Source: an uncultured Gemmataceae bacterium
GTDB taxonomy: Bacteria > Planctomycetota > Planctomycetia > Gemmatales > Gemmataceae
DNA length: 64,000 nt
NCBI GenBank assembly: GCA_963750165.1
Contig: CAVVPN010000011.1
Span: forward strand, 896,001 to 960,000
Direction: 5' to 3'
A program made the translations under genes and the position numbers. Shown in pieces: positions 21,497-30,627 of this stretch (position 1 is its first letter; every line of letters begins with the position of its first letter). The notes beneath the pieces were generated by a model, which did no database searches, was not told the origin of the DNA, and was given only the letters and a program-made list of their open reading frames with translations.

Positions 21497-21865
21497 TTTG
21501 GAGTACAGGCCGTGCAATTCGGCCTCGTCCTTCAGCACCGCCAGGGCCGTCCGCAGATCGCCGGTCAGCAGTGCCTGGGCGAACAGTCTGCGGCGCGTGG
21601 CCAGTTGCAGGTTCAGCACGTCGCCCCGGTCCTTTTCGAGATCCCTGGCCAGGAGTTTGTTGCTGGCCACGATGTATTTCCGCAACTGGCTGTCGCTGAC
21701 CATCCAGGGGCGGCCCGTTTCCGGGTCGTTTTCGCCCGCATATGCCCGTATGTCCTCGAACTGGGCGCCCGCCAGGCGGATTTCCAGCACCTTGGCGACG
21801 CGCGCCTGCGTGACGGCCTGGGTAGACTTCCTGGCCCGCTTACCCTTCTTCTTCTTGGCAGGCAT
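21497..21865 (-). pseudogene. Terminase small subunit-like HTH protein, 3' end cut by IS701
   Basis: Basic N-terminus, HTH-like RVAKVLEIRLAG...VSDSQLRKYI and the helical GDLRTALAVLKDEAELHGLY end. Confidence 0.5.
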
Positions 21866-22466
21866 GTTTGGCCACCTCCGCGTCGATCCAGGCGGCGTGC
21901 CAGTCGTGCAGGTCGTCATGATGGAACAGGGCGATCTGCTCCCGGTTGCTGTTGGTGCGCAGGTTGGCGCTGCCCTCGGTGACCAGCTTGCGGCCGTCGG
22001 CGAAGTGCAGGCAAACCACCTCGCAGTGGTTGCGGGCGGCGGCCAGCCGGCAGCCGCGGGCCTGGGCCAGTTCCCGGCGGCCGAACAGGAATTCTTCCCG
22101 GCTCTGCCGCTGGAAGAACGACGAACAGAGCAGCGTCGCGGCCTTGACCCGGCCGGAGTCCAGCAAGCCGGCGATCTCGTAGACGTTGCGCTTGGAATAG
22201 GCCAGGGTTGCCATGCGCAGCCGTTCGCAGGGGACGGCGGACTTGTCCAGGATAACCATGAGCAGGGCGGTCAAGTCAAACCGGCCGGTCATGATGGCGT
22301 GCAGCGCTTCGCCGGGGCCGGGCAGGTGCGGCACGATCTGCGCCGCCTCGGCCAGCATGGCGAAGCGTTTCTGGCGGTCCCGGGCGGTGAAGACGCCGGG
22401 CAGGGGATCGGGGTTGGCGGCGGCCTGGCGGCCGAAGTTCGGGGGTTTGATCTTGGAAAAGTCTAT
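21840..22466 (-). CDS. Phospholipase-D-fold protein with degenerate HxK motif
   Basis: NHCEVV...GSANL (K replaced by E); frame extends upstream to an ATA at 22466 behind a GAGGG RBS-like site. Confidence 0.55.
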   Translation of the reverse strand: MDFSKIKPPNFGRQAAANPDPLPGVFTARDRQKRFAMLAEAAQIVPHLPGPGEALHAIMTGRFDLTALLMVILDKSAVPCERLRMATLAYSKRNVYEIAGLLDSGRVKAATLLCSSFFQRQSREEFLFGRRELAQARGCRLAAARNHCEVVCLHFADGRKLVTEGSANLRTNSNREQIALFHHDDLHDWHAAWIDAEVAKHACQEEEG

Positions 22467-22477
22467 CGGTCAGTCCC

Positions 22478-22621
22478 TCACGACCAGGATTGGCCGTTCT
22501 TGAAGCGGCCGGGCGGGCGCTTCTTGCCCTTGCTCTTGCCGGCCCCATTCTTCTTGCCCTTCTTCTTCGCCTGCGCGTTGAAGCCGAAGCTGAAGTCGCC
22601 CACCTTGTCTTTCTTGGCCAT
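22478..22621 (-). CDS. 47-aa lysine-rich peptide
   Basis: MAKKDKVGDFSFGFNAQAKKKGKKNGAGKSKGKKRPPGRFKNGQSWS; AAGGA RBS; high-GC3 codons; too short for the ORF track. Confidence 0.7.
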   Translation of the reverse strand: MAKKDKVGDFSFGFNAQAKKKGKKNGAGKSKGKKRPPGRFKNGQSWS

Positions 22622-22817
22622 GCTTGGTCCTTCCTTTTCATTCTAAACGCCTGGTGTCATCAGCCCACGAGAACGAGGGTTGTCCGGCTCACCATCTTAT
22701 TAGTCAGGGTCTTTCGTCAGGGTACACCCAGACGTACACCCCTGACGGGGCGCGCACGAACGCCAGTCCGTCCGTGGTCTACGTCATGGGTCAACGTAAT
22801 GGCCAAGTGCTTGTCGC

Positions 22818-24728
22818 TCATGACGATTGCCCCTCCCCTGACGCATCTTGTGTGGGTTCCTCGCGGGCGCGCCCGCCTGAGGGCCGTGCGTCCGTCTGTC
22901 CGTCCGGCCGCGCCTCGAAGTCGCGCTGCGCGCCGTCGGGTTGCGGCGCCTGTCCGGGCGGCGCCACAGGAGCCGCCGGGTTTTCCGGCTCGGCCAGTTG
23001 GTCCGCGAGGAACTCCTGGGAAAGCTCGATGGCCCGTAAACTGCCGCCCCGGACGTGGCAGGGGGCGCCGACGTCGTACAGCTTGCACAGCTCGGTGAAG
23101 TGCCGCTGGCTCATCCCGGCCAGTTCGGCGCAGTGGATTTGCTTGAACAGCTCGACGCGCAGCGCCACCCGCACCTTGCCCTCGTCGCGCCGCGCCCAGA
23201 GGCGGTGACCGCGCACGTCGCCCCACGCCGGCCTGGTCGCGAACATCTGGGCCCACAGGATCAGCGGCCGGCGCTGGACCTCGTTGCGCTGCTGCCCTTC
23301 CGTGCCGGCCTTGTAGGTGTAGGTGATGGAAACCAGGGTCCACAGCGCGCCCGCCACCTTGGCCCGGAATTCTTCCCGCGCCGGGTCGCAGACCTCGGCC
23401 GTTTCCGTCTCGGTGGGCAGGGTGCACAGCAGGTTCCCCCAGGCCACCTTGAACAGGGTGCCGAACGCCCGCACCACGTCAAGGCGTTCGGCCTTGTGCG
23501 GCACGTCGCTGGCCTGCTGCAGCTTGTCGATCAGCGCGGTGGTCGGGATGGCCGCCTCGCTCATCCTCACCAGGCGGCCCTGACTGCTGCTGTAGACGCT
23601 CGTGTCGCGCTTGTGGGTCGGCACCAGGGTTTCGAGCAGGTGGGCCTGGATGGTCCGCTCCATACTCAGCCGCTCGCCGGCGGCCTCGGGGCTCGCGCCG
23701 GCACCGCTCGGCGGCCCGCCGCCGTGGCCGTCCGAACCTCCACGCCGCTTGCGCCCCTGTCGCGGTTGGTAGGTTTCCTGGCAGTCGGCAACGGCCTTCT
23801 CGACGGTGGCCTGGCCGTAGGTGCGGCCGTCGGCGTAGTGGACTTCGTCCCACTTGGGGCGCATGCGGCCGGACTGGCGAAAGAGCGCGTCCACGCGGTG
23901 CGCGTCGCGGCCGGTCCAGAAGGCCAGCATGTTACACAGGGCCAGGTCGCCCTCGGATGCTGAGTCGTAACCGGCGTCGTCGCCGCCCCACAGTGCGGCG
24001 AACCTGGCACCGTTCTTGGCCTTCCTCGCGCGCTCCAATAGCTCCTGGTCATCCGGGCAACCGCCGTGCGACTTGCCGTTGCCGTTGGGGGAAGGCGTCG
24101 GCCGTCGCGGCTCTTTCGCCGGGAACAGCCGCGCGTGCAGCGCTTCCAGTTCGGCTTGCCGCTCCTCCACGGTGGGCGGCGCCGACGGCAGGCGGTCGCC
24201 TGTCATCGTGAAGAAGCGGTGGGAGTCGTACAGCTCGTGGTGGCCGCTCTTGTTGCCGCCCGGCGGCAGGTTGCCCCGGATGAACACCTTGAGGCCGGTC
24301 CCCGAAGGCGAAACCTCGGTGTAGCTTTTCAGCGCCGCCACGTCCTCGGCCGCCCACGGCGCGAGCGCGCCAGTCTCGGGGTTGCGGCAGTCGTCCAGGT
24401 CGATGCCGCAGAACGGGTCATCTTCGCTGAAGACGAAGCCGATGCCGTCCGCCTTGCCGCGGCGAACGCGCAGCAGGGCGTCCGCGAACGAGCCCCAGGT
24501 ATCCGGGTCGTTCGTCCGGGCCTTCTTCGGCGCGTCGGCCCGGAGGGGGACCTTGGTCCACTTCAGTTCGCCCTTGCTGTTCTTGACCCGATCCCAGCAC
24601 CACGTCACCCACTGCGGCCGCTCGCGCAGCTCCTGGGGGATGGCGTCGGGGTTGATCGGGTAGGGCGCAGGCTTCTTGTCGCCGCGCAGGACGGTGTCCT
24701 TCCAGCTGGCCCCGTTGGCCGTCGTCAT
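22818..24728 (-). CDS. Primase-polymerase (AEP, NrS-1-like) with helix-bundle domain and unknown C-terminal domain
   Basis: GIGFVF..FCGIDLDDC, SYTEVSPSGTGLKVF, ELYDSHRFFTMTG, SEGDLALCNMLAFW..LFRQSG; no Walker A motif seen. Confidence 0.88.
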   Translation of the reverse strand: MTTANGASWKDTVLRGDKKPAPYPINPDAIPQELRERPQWVTWCWDRVKNSKGELKWTKVPLRADAPKKARTNDPDTWGSFADALLRVRRGKADGIGFVFSEDDPFCGIDLDDCRNPETGALAPWAAEDVAALKSYTEVSPSGTGLKVFIRGNLPPGGNKSGHHELYDSHRFFTMTGDRLPSAPPTVEERQAELEALHARLFPAKEPRRPTPSPNGNGKSHGGCPDDQELLERARKAKNGARFAALWGGDDAGYDSASEGDLALCNMLAFWTGRDAHRVDALFRQSGRMRPKWDEVHYADGRTYGQATVEKAVADCQETYQPRQGRKRRGGSDGHGGGPPSGAGASPEAAGERLSMERTIQAHLLETLVPTHKRDTSVYSSSQGRLVRMSEAAIPTTALIDKLQQASDVPHKAERLDVVRAFGTLFKVAWGNLLCTLPTETETAEVCDPAREEFRAKVAGALWTLVSITYTYKAGTEGQQRNEVQRRPLILWAQMFATRPAWGDVRGHRLWARRDEGKVRVALRVELFKQIHCAELAGMSQRHFTELCKLYDVGAPCHVRGGSLRAIELSQEFLADQLAEPENPAAPVAPPGQAPQPDGAQRDFEARPDGQTDARPSGGRAREEPTQDASGEGQSS

Positions 24729-24742
24729 GGCTGGACCCCCGG

Positions 24743-25108
24743 TTAGATGCCGATCTTGCTCAGTTCCTCGCCGGCGCGCTCGGCGTCGCGCTGCCGCTTA
24801 CCTGGGGTGCGCGGGGAGGGTGGTGCCGAGTCCGGGGCCGTATCCTGCTGGGCGGCAATGAACCGAATGATGGCCTGGGAGGAAGTGAGGTGTCGGCCGG
24901 CCAGGCGGGCGGCCTCCAGTTTGACGCGGCTGCCGTTGGGGCCGCGCACGCCCTGCAGTATCCAGCGGGCCAGACAGGAAGGCGTGACGGGCCGGCCCTG
25001 GCGAAACGGTGGGAAGCGCTCGGCGGCCTGGCTCAAGGTCAGGCCGCCGCCCTCGGCGATCTCCTGGGAGAGCAGGTCCAGAGCCGTGGCGGTCGTTGCG
25101 GCAGACAT
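24743..25108 (-). CDS. DUF1580-like HTH protein (excisionase/AlpA-like)
   Basis: LTLSQAAERFP...PSCLARWILQGV...KLEAARLAGRHLTS..AIIRF...EELSKIGI. Confidence 0.75.
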   Translation of the reverse strand: MSAATTATALDLLSQEIAEGGGLTLSQAAERFPPFRQGRPVTPSCLARWILQGVRGPNGSRVKLEAARLAGRHLTSSQAIIRFIAAQQDTAPDSAPPSPRTPGKRQRDAERAGEELSKIGI

Positions 25109-25202
25109 TTTGTTCTTCCTCGCATGAACTTGCGGGCGTTCGTCATGCAAGGAAGGATGACACAAAGGATGGCCGCGCGGATACTGCGCAGATACTGCGC
25201 GG

Positions 25203-26635
25203 TCACTGCGGGGTTGCCTCGCGCCGCCTCCAGCAAACCTGCTCGCCAGTGCCGTTGCGCTCGAACACCAGGGGAGAATTGAGCAGCCAGTCCTTGAACC
25301 GCGGCAACACTTCGGCGAGTTTGCCGGGGTCCAGAGGGTCGTCGATGGCTGCCGGCCAGCCCGATTCGTCAAAGGCGTTCAGCAACTTGACGGCGTGCGG
25401 GGACTGGTTGCGGTTGAAAGACTTGACCAGCTGCTCACCGAACCATAATTCCCGCCGGTCGGGATCCCACCGGGGGCGTTCAGGCGCGGCGTGAACCCGG
25501 GGGCTGCCGCCGGCCGGCGGCAGCCGGTTGTCGAGAAAATCAATCAGCGGCTTGTGCAGGTCGGCGGCGGCCTGGGGGTTCACGCTCGCCAGTCGGCTCG
25601 GGTATGCGGCCAGATCGCTGAGCGTTTGGTCGTGCGTCCTGTCCGCCGCGCTTTCGCGAGACGCTGATCCCATCGGCTCGGGGGCTGCGGTTGGATCGGG
25701 CGACGAATGAGGTCCGGCCTTCCTTTCCCGCCTCTTCTTGTAGCGCTCGACCTCCTCACGGTCCAGGATCGTTCCCTTCCGCAAATATCCCCCTTTGCAA
25801 ACGGGGGTGCCGATTTCGGCTTTCAAAACCCCGCGCCGGATCAGCGCGTGAACGCTCACGGTGCGGAGCTTCAACGTCGTCGCTGCTTCCCGAACAGTAA
25901 TCTTGCTGTCAGGCGGGCGTTTCTTCTCCTGAGCGGAAACGCAGGCTTTCACGGCAACGGCCGGCACGTAGGACCGTGGTAGCGCCCTTCCGTCTATGCT
26001 CTTGGCCGGAAGGTCTTTTGGAGTCGCCTTCACACCTCGGCTTGCGCATTCCTGCAGACGGCGGCGCAAGGTGCGCACGCTGACGCCCAGGTCTTCCGCG
26101 GCCGCAACGACATGGACGCTACCGGGGTGTACCGGGACGGTTACTCTCTCGGCCCGGGCGTCGTTCACCCTGTCGAGCGCCTTTTGGGGGAAGAAGCGGA
26201 TTTTTCGGTTGTAGGCAGTGGGCAGCAGCCGAGTTGGAATTGCTTGGCCGCCGAGCCAGGGGCATCCCTTCTTTTCTCCGCTGGCGTTCTGGTTCGCGTA
26301 ACCGATCAGCGTTGGATACGAAACGCCCAGGTAGCGGGCAGCCTCGCGGGGGGCGAACAACCATTCCCCGTCAACGAGGATTCGCGCCGTCGCCTTGTGA
26401 GCCTGCCTGGCAGCCTTGCGAGTGAACGGTCGGCCACAACGCCCTTCGCGCACAAGGCAGCCGCAGGACTTGGTTTTGCCGGAGAGCAGCTGGCCGGCTT
26501 GAACGCTGGCTCTTCCCCCGCAGGCCTGCATCTGCAAACCCAGCGCCGCTTGCCGCAGAGAGTTCTTTCCTTCAACAGTCGAAGAACCGTCAAGCGACCG
26601 AATCGTTGCCCTGTGAGGTTGAGTGGCGCAGGCAT
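25203..26635 (-). CDS. Multi-HTH DNA-binding protein with N-terminal Cys-rich phage domain (frameshift near 26530)
   Basis: NLTGQRFGRLTV...WVCRC..CG...LLSGKTKSCGC, three excisionase-like HTHs, C-terminal PRWD..RRELW...GWP..IDDPL domain. Confidence 0.7.
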
Positions 26636-26671
26636 GGCTGTTTCCTCTTTCGGCAACCTCAAGATCGAAAA

Positions 26672-26728
26672 GGCAGGGGCAACCCGTGAGGTTGGCGGGC
26701 GTTCGGGCTGCAGACCCTAGCCCCTGCC
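26672..26728 (-). ncRNA. Candidate c4/CI-like antisense RNA or structured leader
   Basis: Outer stem GGCAGGGGC/GCCCCTGCC enclosing hairpins GGGT-CTGCA-GCCC and CCCG-CCAACCTCA-CGGG; loop complement lies just upstream of the next RBS. Confidence 0.45.
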
Positions 26729-26862
26729 AGATGGAAAGCCTACCAACTTCGCTGGCGCATTGCCATGCTGTCAGCGTTCAGCCAGCTGGCCCATACCGAC
26801 CGCACCCAAGGCCGACCCAGGACAAGCCCGGAGCGTGCCGGGCTTGTCCTGTTCTTGAACCC

Positions 26863-28214
26863 TCAGCCGATCTCCTTCATGATCTCCTGGGCCTTGTTCA
26901 AATCTCGTTCGGCGTAAATCTGCGTCGTCTCAACCCGCGTATGTCCGAGGATGACCTTGGCAGCCTCGACGCCGTACTTCGCCCGCAGCAGCGTCGCCGC
27001 CGTGTGCCGCAACTGCAGCGGCGACCAGGGCGGAACGTTGGCCGCCCGACACGCCCGGACGATGGCCTGGCGGTAACTGCGCCGGTCGTACCGCTCGGCG
27101 GGTAGGCGCTTCGGCCGGGCCTTCCGCTTGCGCTTCATCTCGCTGGGAGTGCGCTTCGTCTTCCGCTGCGCGGCGCGGCGGCGCGCAGTTCCTCGACGTG
27201 GGTCCGCGGTGAGAACAGGTGCGCTTGCACGTCCGGCTTGAGGAACGGCTTGACCACTTCCTGGGCCTGCGGTCCCAGGTAGATGACGCGATCAAGTCCG
27301 CGGTGGCTGTTCTTGTGCTTGGAAGGCGAATAGATCCAGACTGGCCCGGTCGTGTTCAGGTCGATGCCGCGCATCGCCATCGCCTCGCCCGCCCGCATGC
27401 CGGTCAGCAGTTGCAGCCGCACCATCGCCGCGACCGGCGCCGGCATCTTCGCCGTTGCAGACTCGACGACCGCGACGGCCACGGGCTTGACGCCCTCGGC
27501 TTCCGGGGCGTCGGTGCGGCCCTGCTGCAGGCCGGGAACGGCGGTCAAGCCACGGTGGACGGACTCGGGCACCATCTCCTCAGCGACCGCCCAGCGGAAC
27601 AGGCGAACGATGTGGCCGACGCGCTGGTTGATGACACCGCGCGACAGGGCCTTCTCGGAGCGGAGCAGTTCGCCGGGCAGCCACTTCTCTTTCCACAGCG
27701 CCTCGCAGTTGGCCGCGGTCTGTCGGAAGCAGTGCTCCCAGAACCAGCGCTCCAGGGTTCTCTCTTGTTCGCCCACTTTGAGCTTGAACCGGACGAAGTA
27801 GCGCCGGGAGTCGGCCATCTTCTGGCGGACGGCCTTCAGCTTGAGCGGGGAGAACTCCGCGGCGGGAAGCAGGCCGTACAGCGCCTTGAGCGGCCGGAGC
27901 GAAACGCGGATGTTCTTCAGTTCGTCGGTCGGCTCGCCGTCCACGTCGCGGTAATGCTGCTCAGCGTGCTTCCAGTAGGCCACCATCAATTCGTTGATCG
28001 ACAACGATTTGGTGTCCCGCTGATCTGCCGTGAGCTGGCGGCCGGACGCCTCCCACTCGGCGATCACCCGTGCGTACTCTGCGCGGCTTTCGGGCGTGCC
28101 GTGGCGCCCGAGCAGCACGTCGCGGCGCCGCCCCTGACCGTCCGTGAGGGTGACGACGGCCTGGCCGGATTGCTTGTGGAGGCGGTAAGAGGGGACGTTG
28201 AGCGTGCGGGACAT
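26863..28214 (-). CDS. Tyrosine recombinase/integrase (frameshift near 27180)
   Basis: PSYRLHKQSGQAVV N-terminus, LTGMRAGE, SPLQLRH, ILGH, TTQIYAE catalytic motifs. Confidence 0.9.
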
Positions 28215-28323
28215 GCGGTTAACCCTTCTGCGGAAGACTTCCGCAACTTTCAGGGTTTTCGGCCGCACTCCCGACCGTCGAGAGGTACGCTTAACTAGCG
28301 TCAGGCTATCGGTTTGTGTTCAG

Positions 28324-28365
28324 AGCGGGCGATGGGATTCGAACCCACGACGTCCAGCTTGGGAA
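28324..28365 (-). other. 3' half of tRNA-Gly(CCC): attachment-site duplication, not an intact tRNA
   Basis: Minus strand TTCCCAAGCTGGACGTCGTGGGTTCGAATCCCATCGCCCGCT gives anticodon loop, T-arm and acceptor 3' strand; no D-arm or 5' acceptor strand upstream. Confidence 0.85.
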
Positions 28366-28485
28366 ATCCGCGTAATTTCAACCAGATAGCCCGGAAAAGT
28401 CTTCTCCTCCAACATGTTACGGCACGGACCTGCCATTTTCAAGCACAGCCGACTACTGACGAAAAGTTGCGGGAGAATGTCGTAG

Positions 28486-28516
28486 TCTCCGTAGTTTTTC
28501 CGTAGAGTCTCCGTAA
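28486..28516. repeat. Three tandem 9-mers at 11-bp period; probable integrase arm-binding sites
   Basis: TCTCCGTAG (28486), TTTCCGTAG (28497), TCTCCGTAA (28508), about 120 bp from the att core. Confidence 0.6.
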
Positions 28517-28574
28517 CCTGAAGGACATACAAGCTGTCCGAGAACGCCGCCTTCCCGTGGACGCCCGAGACGCC

Positions 28575-28800
28575 GCTCGCGCGGCCCGGCGACGCTCAGT
28601 GGGGTGACTGCATGAGCGGTGAGCCAGGCGGCTGTGGTAGGGGCGTCCGGTATGCCGTCCAGGTCAAAAAACCGATGGGGCTTGCCCAGACGGCGATGCA
28701 CTTCGACGGTCAGCCTCGTGCTGCTGGTGTACCCGCGCTCAGGATCAGCGCGGCGTCGCCGTCGAGTATGTCCCCCTCGTGCGCCGGGATAAACATGCTG
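28575..28800 (-). pseudogene. Remnant of a putative molybdenum-carrier/SLOG-family gene
   Basis: Fragments YPART, DGDAALIL, TRLTVEVHRRLGKP, WLTAHAVTPLSVAGPRE in shifting frames. Confidence 0.55.
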
Positions 28801-29133
28801 TTGATCTTTCTGTTGACACGCCGGTCGATGTGTCCGACGCGCCGAAGACCGTGACACCATCTCAACGCGGTGGGGCGGACCGACGCACGCAACGGACATC
28901 AGCTTGCCTGCGCAGGTCGAGGACGCCTCCGCTCCGAACACCCTGCCGTCTCCACCTCCCTTTTCTCTCGAAATTTCTCTCGAAATGAACCCGGGTACGC
29001 GGGAACCCCGGTCCCCGGTCAATTCCCTTACGAACGGCCATGCGTATATCTATCGAGACTGACACGAACGTCGCGACCGCGACCTTGCCAGGTGATCCTT
29101 CCCGACCGCTTGCCTTTTTTGGGAGACCTACTG

Positions 29134-30395
29134 ATGCGGAGATTTCTCTTGGTGTGCGCACTTCTCCTCGGCTCCGCCGCGCACCCACGCGCCCAGGTTG
29201 CAGAGGAAGCAGTCACGTTTGGCCCGAACGACTGGCCGTGGTGGCGTGGGCCGCATCGCAACGGCGTCGCCGACGCCAGGCAGAAGCCGCCGACTCGATG
29301 GAACGAAACAGACGGCATCCTCTGGAAGGCGCCGATTCCCGGGCGCGGGCACGGCTCGCCGATCGTCGTCGGCGATCAGGTCTTCCTCGCGACTGCGGAG
29401 CACGACCAGCAGTCTCAGTCGGTCCTCTGCTTCGATCGAAACACCGGCAAGCGGCTTTGGCAAACCGTGGTCCACCAGGGCAAGTTTGAAAAGGGGGGCA
29501 ATGGCAAGGCGTCGCTGGCCTCCGCGACCGCGGCCTGTGACGGCCGGCGCGTTTTCATCAACTTCCTCCACGATCAGGCGATCTACACCACCGCCCTGTC
29601 GATGGACGGTAAAAAACTCTGGCAGACCCGCGTCACCGGCTTCCAACTCCATCAGGGGTATGGGCCGTCGCCGACCGTCTACAAGTCGCTCGTGCTCGTC
29701 ACGGCCGACAACAAGGGGACTGGCCTCGTCGCGGGGCTTGACCGGGCGACGGGCGGCATCGTTTGGAAGCAGGAACGCCCGAAGTGGCCGAACTACGCGT
29801 CGCCGATCATTATCAAGACCGCCGGGCGCGACGAGTTGATCTTGACCGGCTGCGAACGGATCGCCAGCTACGACCCCCTCACCGGCAAGCCGCACTGGGA
29901 CTTCAAAGGGACCACACAGGAAACGGTCACCTCGATCGTCACCGACGGCGAACACATCTTTACCAGTGGTGGGTACCCGAAGAAATACGTCTCCGCGATC
30001 AAGGCAGACGGGTCGGGCCAGACCGCCTGGGAGATCAAGACCCAGGTCTATGTGCCGTCGATGCTGGTGCACGACAAGCACCTGTACGCGGTGACCGACG
30101 GAGGCGTCGCGGTTTGCTGGGAGTGCGCCACGGCGCAGAGGCCTGGAAGAAACGCCTCCACGGCGCATTCACCGCGTCGCCGGTGCTTGTCGGCGACCAG
30201 ATTTACGCGACCAACGAAGACGGCAACACGTACATCTTCAAGGCGACTCCCAGGGGATACGAAGCGATTGCCGAGAACCAACTCGGCACCGAAGCATTGG
30301 CCACGCCGACGATCTGCGGCAGTCGCATCTACATGCGTGTCGCCACCAACCAGGCCGGCAAACGGCAGGAGTTGCTGTACTGCATCGGGAAGTGA
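29134..30395 (+). CDS. PQQ-binding-like beta-propeller (BamB-like) secreted protein (frameshift near 30130)
   Basis: Signal peptide, DWPWWRGPHRNG, WKAPIPGRGHGSPIV, repeated G..W motifs, C-terminal ENQLG...ATP...IYMR...LYCIG. Confidence 0.88.
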
Positions 30396-30627
30396 CGTTG
30401 GATTTCCGCGGCGCACTTACCACAGGGGAGGGCGGGAGAACGCTGCCAAACGCTTCGGCTCGTGCGCGCTCCGATTTGACACGCCGAAGCACCGGCCGTT
30501 CCGAGCGTCGCCGATGTGATTGGAGCGCGCAGTATCGCGAGCCAGGTTGCATTCGGGGGGGCGGACCGAGGCGCGCAACGGCCACCGGCTTGCCTGCGCA
30601 AGTCGATTAAACCGACGCGCGCGGCTA

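Larger units (their letters stand above)
21497..28365 (-). mobile_element. Integrated phage-satellite/PICI-like element next to a tRNA-Gly att fragment, distal end truncated by IS701
   Basis: Co-oriented integrase, HTH regulator, DUF1580, PrimPol, small ORFs and terS-like gene; no capsid or tail genes visible. Confidence 0.75.

Noticed and set aside
26863..28214. Integron integrase with attC cassettes
   Set aside because: N-terminus and tRNA att context fit a phage/island integrase; no convincing attC sites seen
28324..28400. Intact tRNA-Gly gene
   Set aside because: Only the anticodon loop to the 3' end is present; the upstream sequence cannot form the D-arm or acceptor stem
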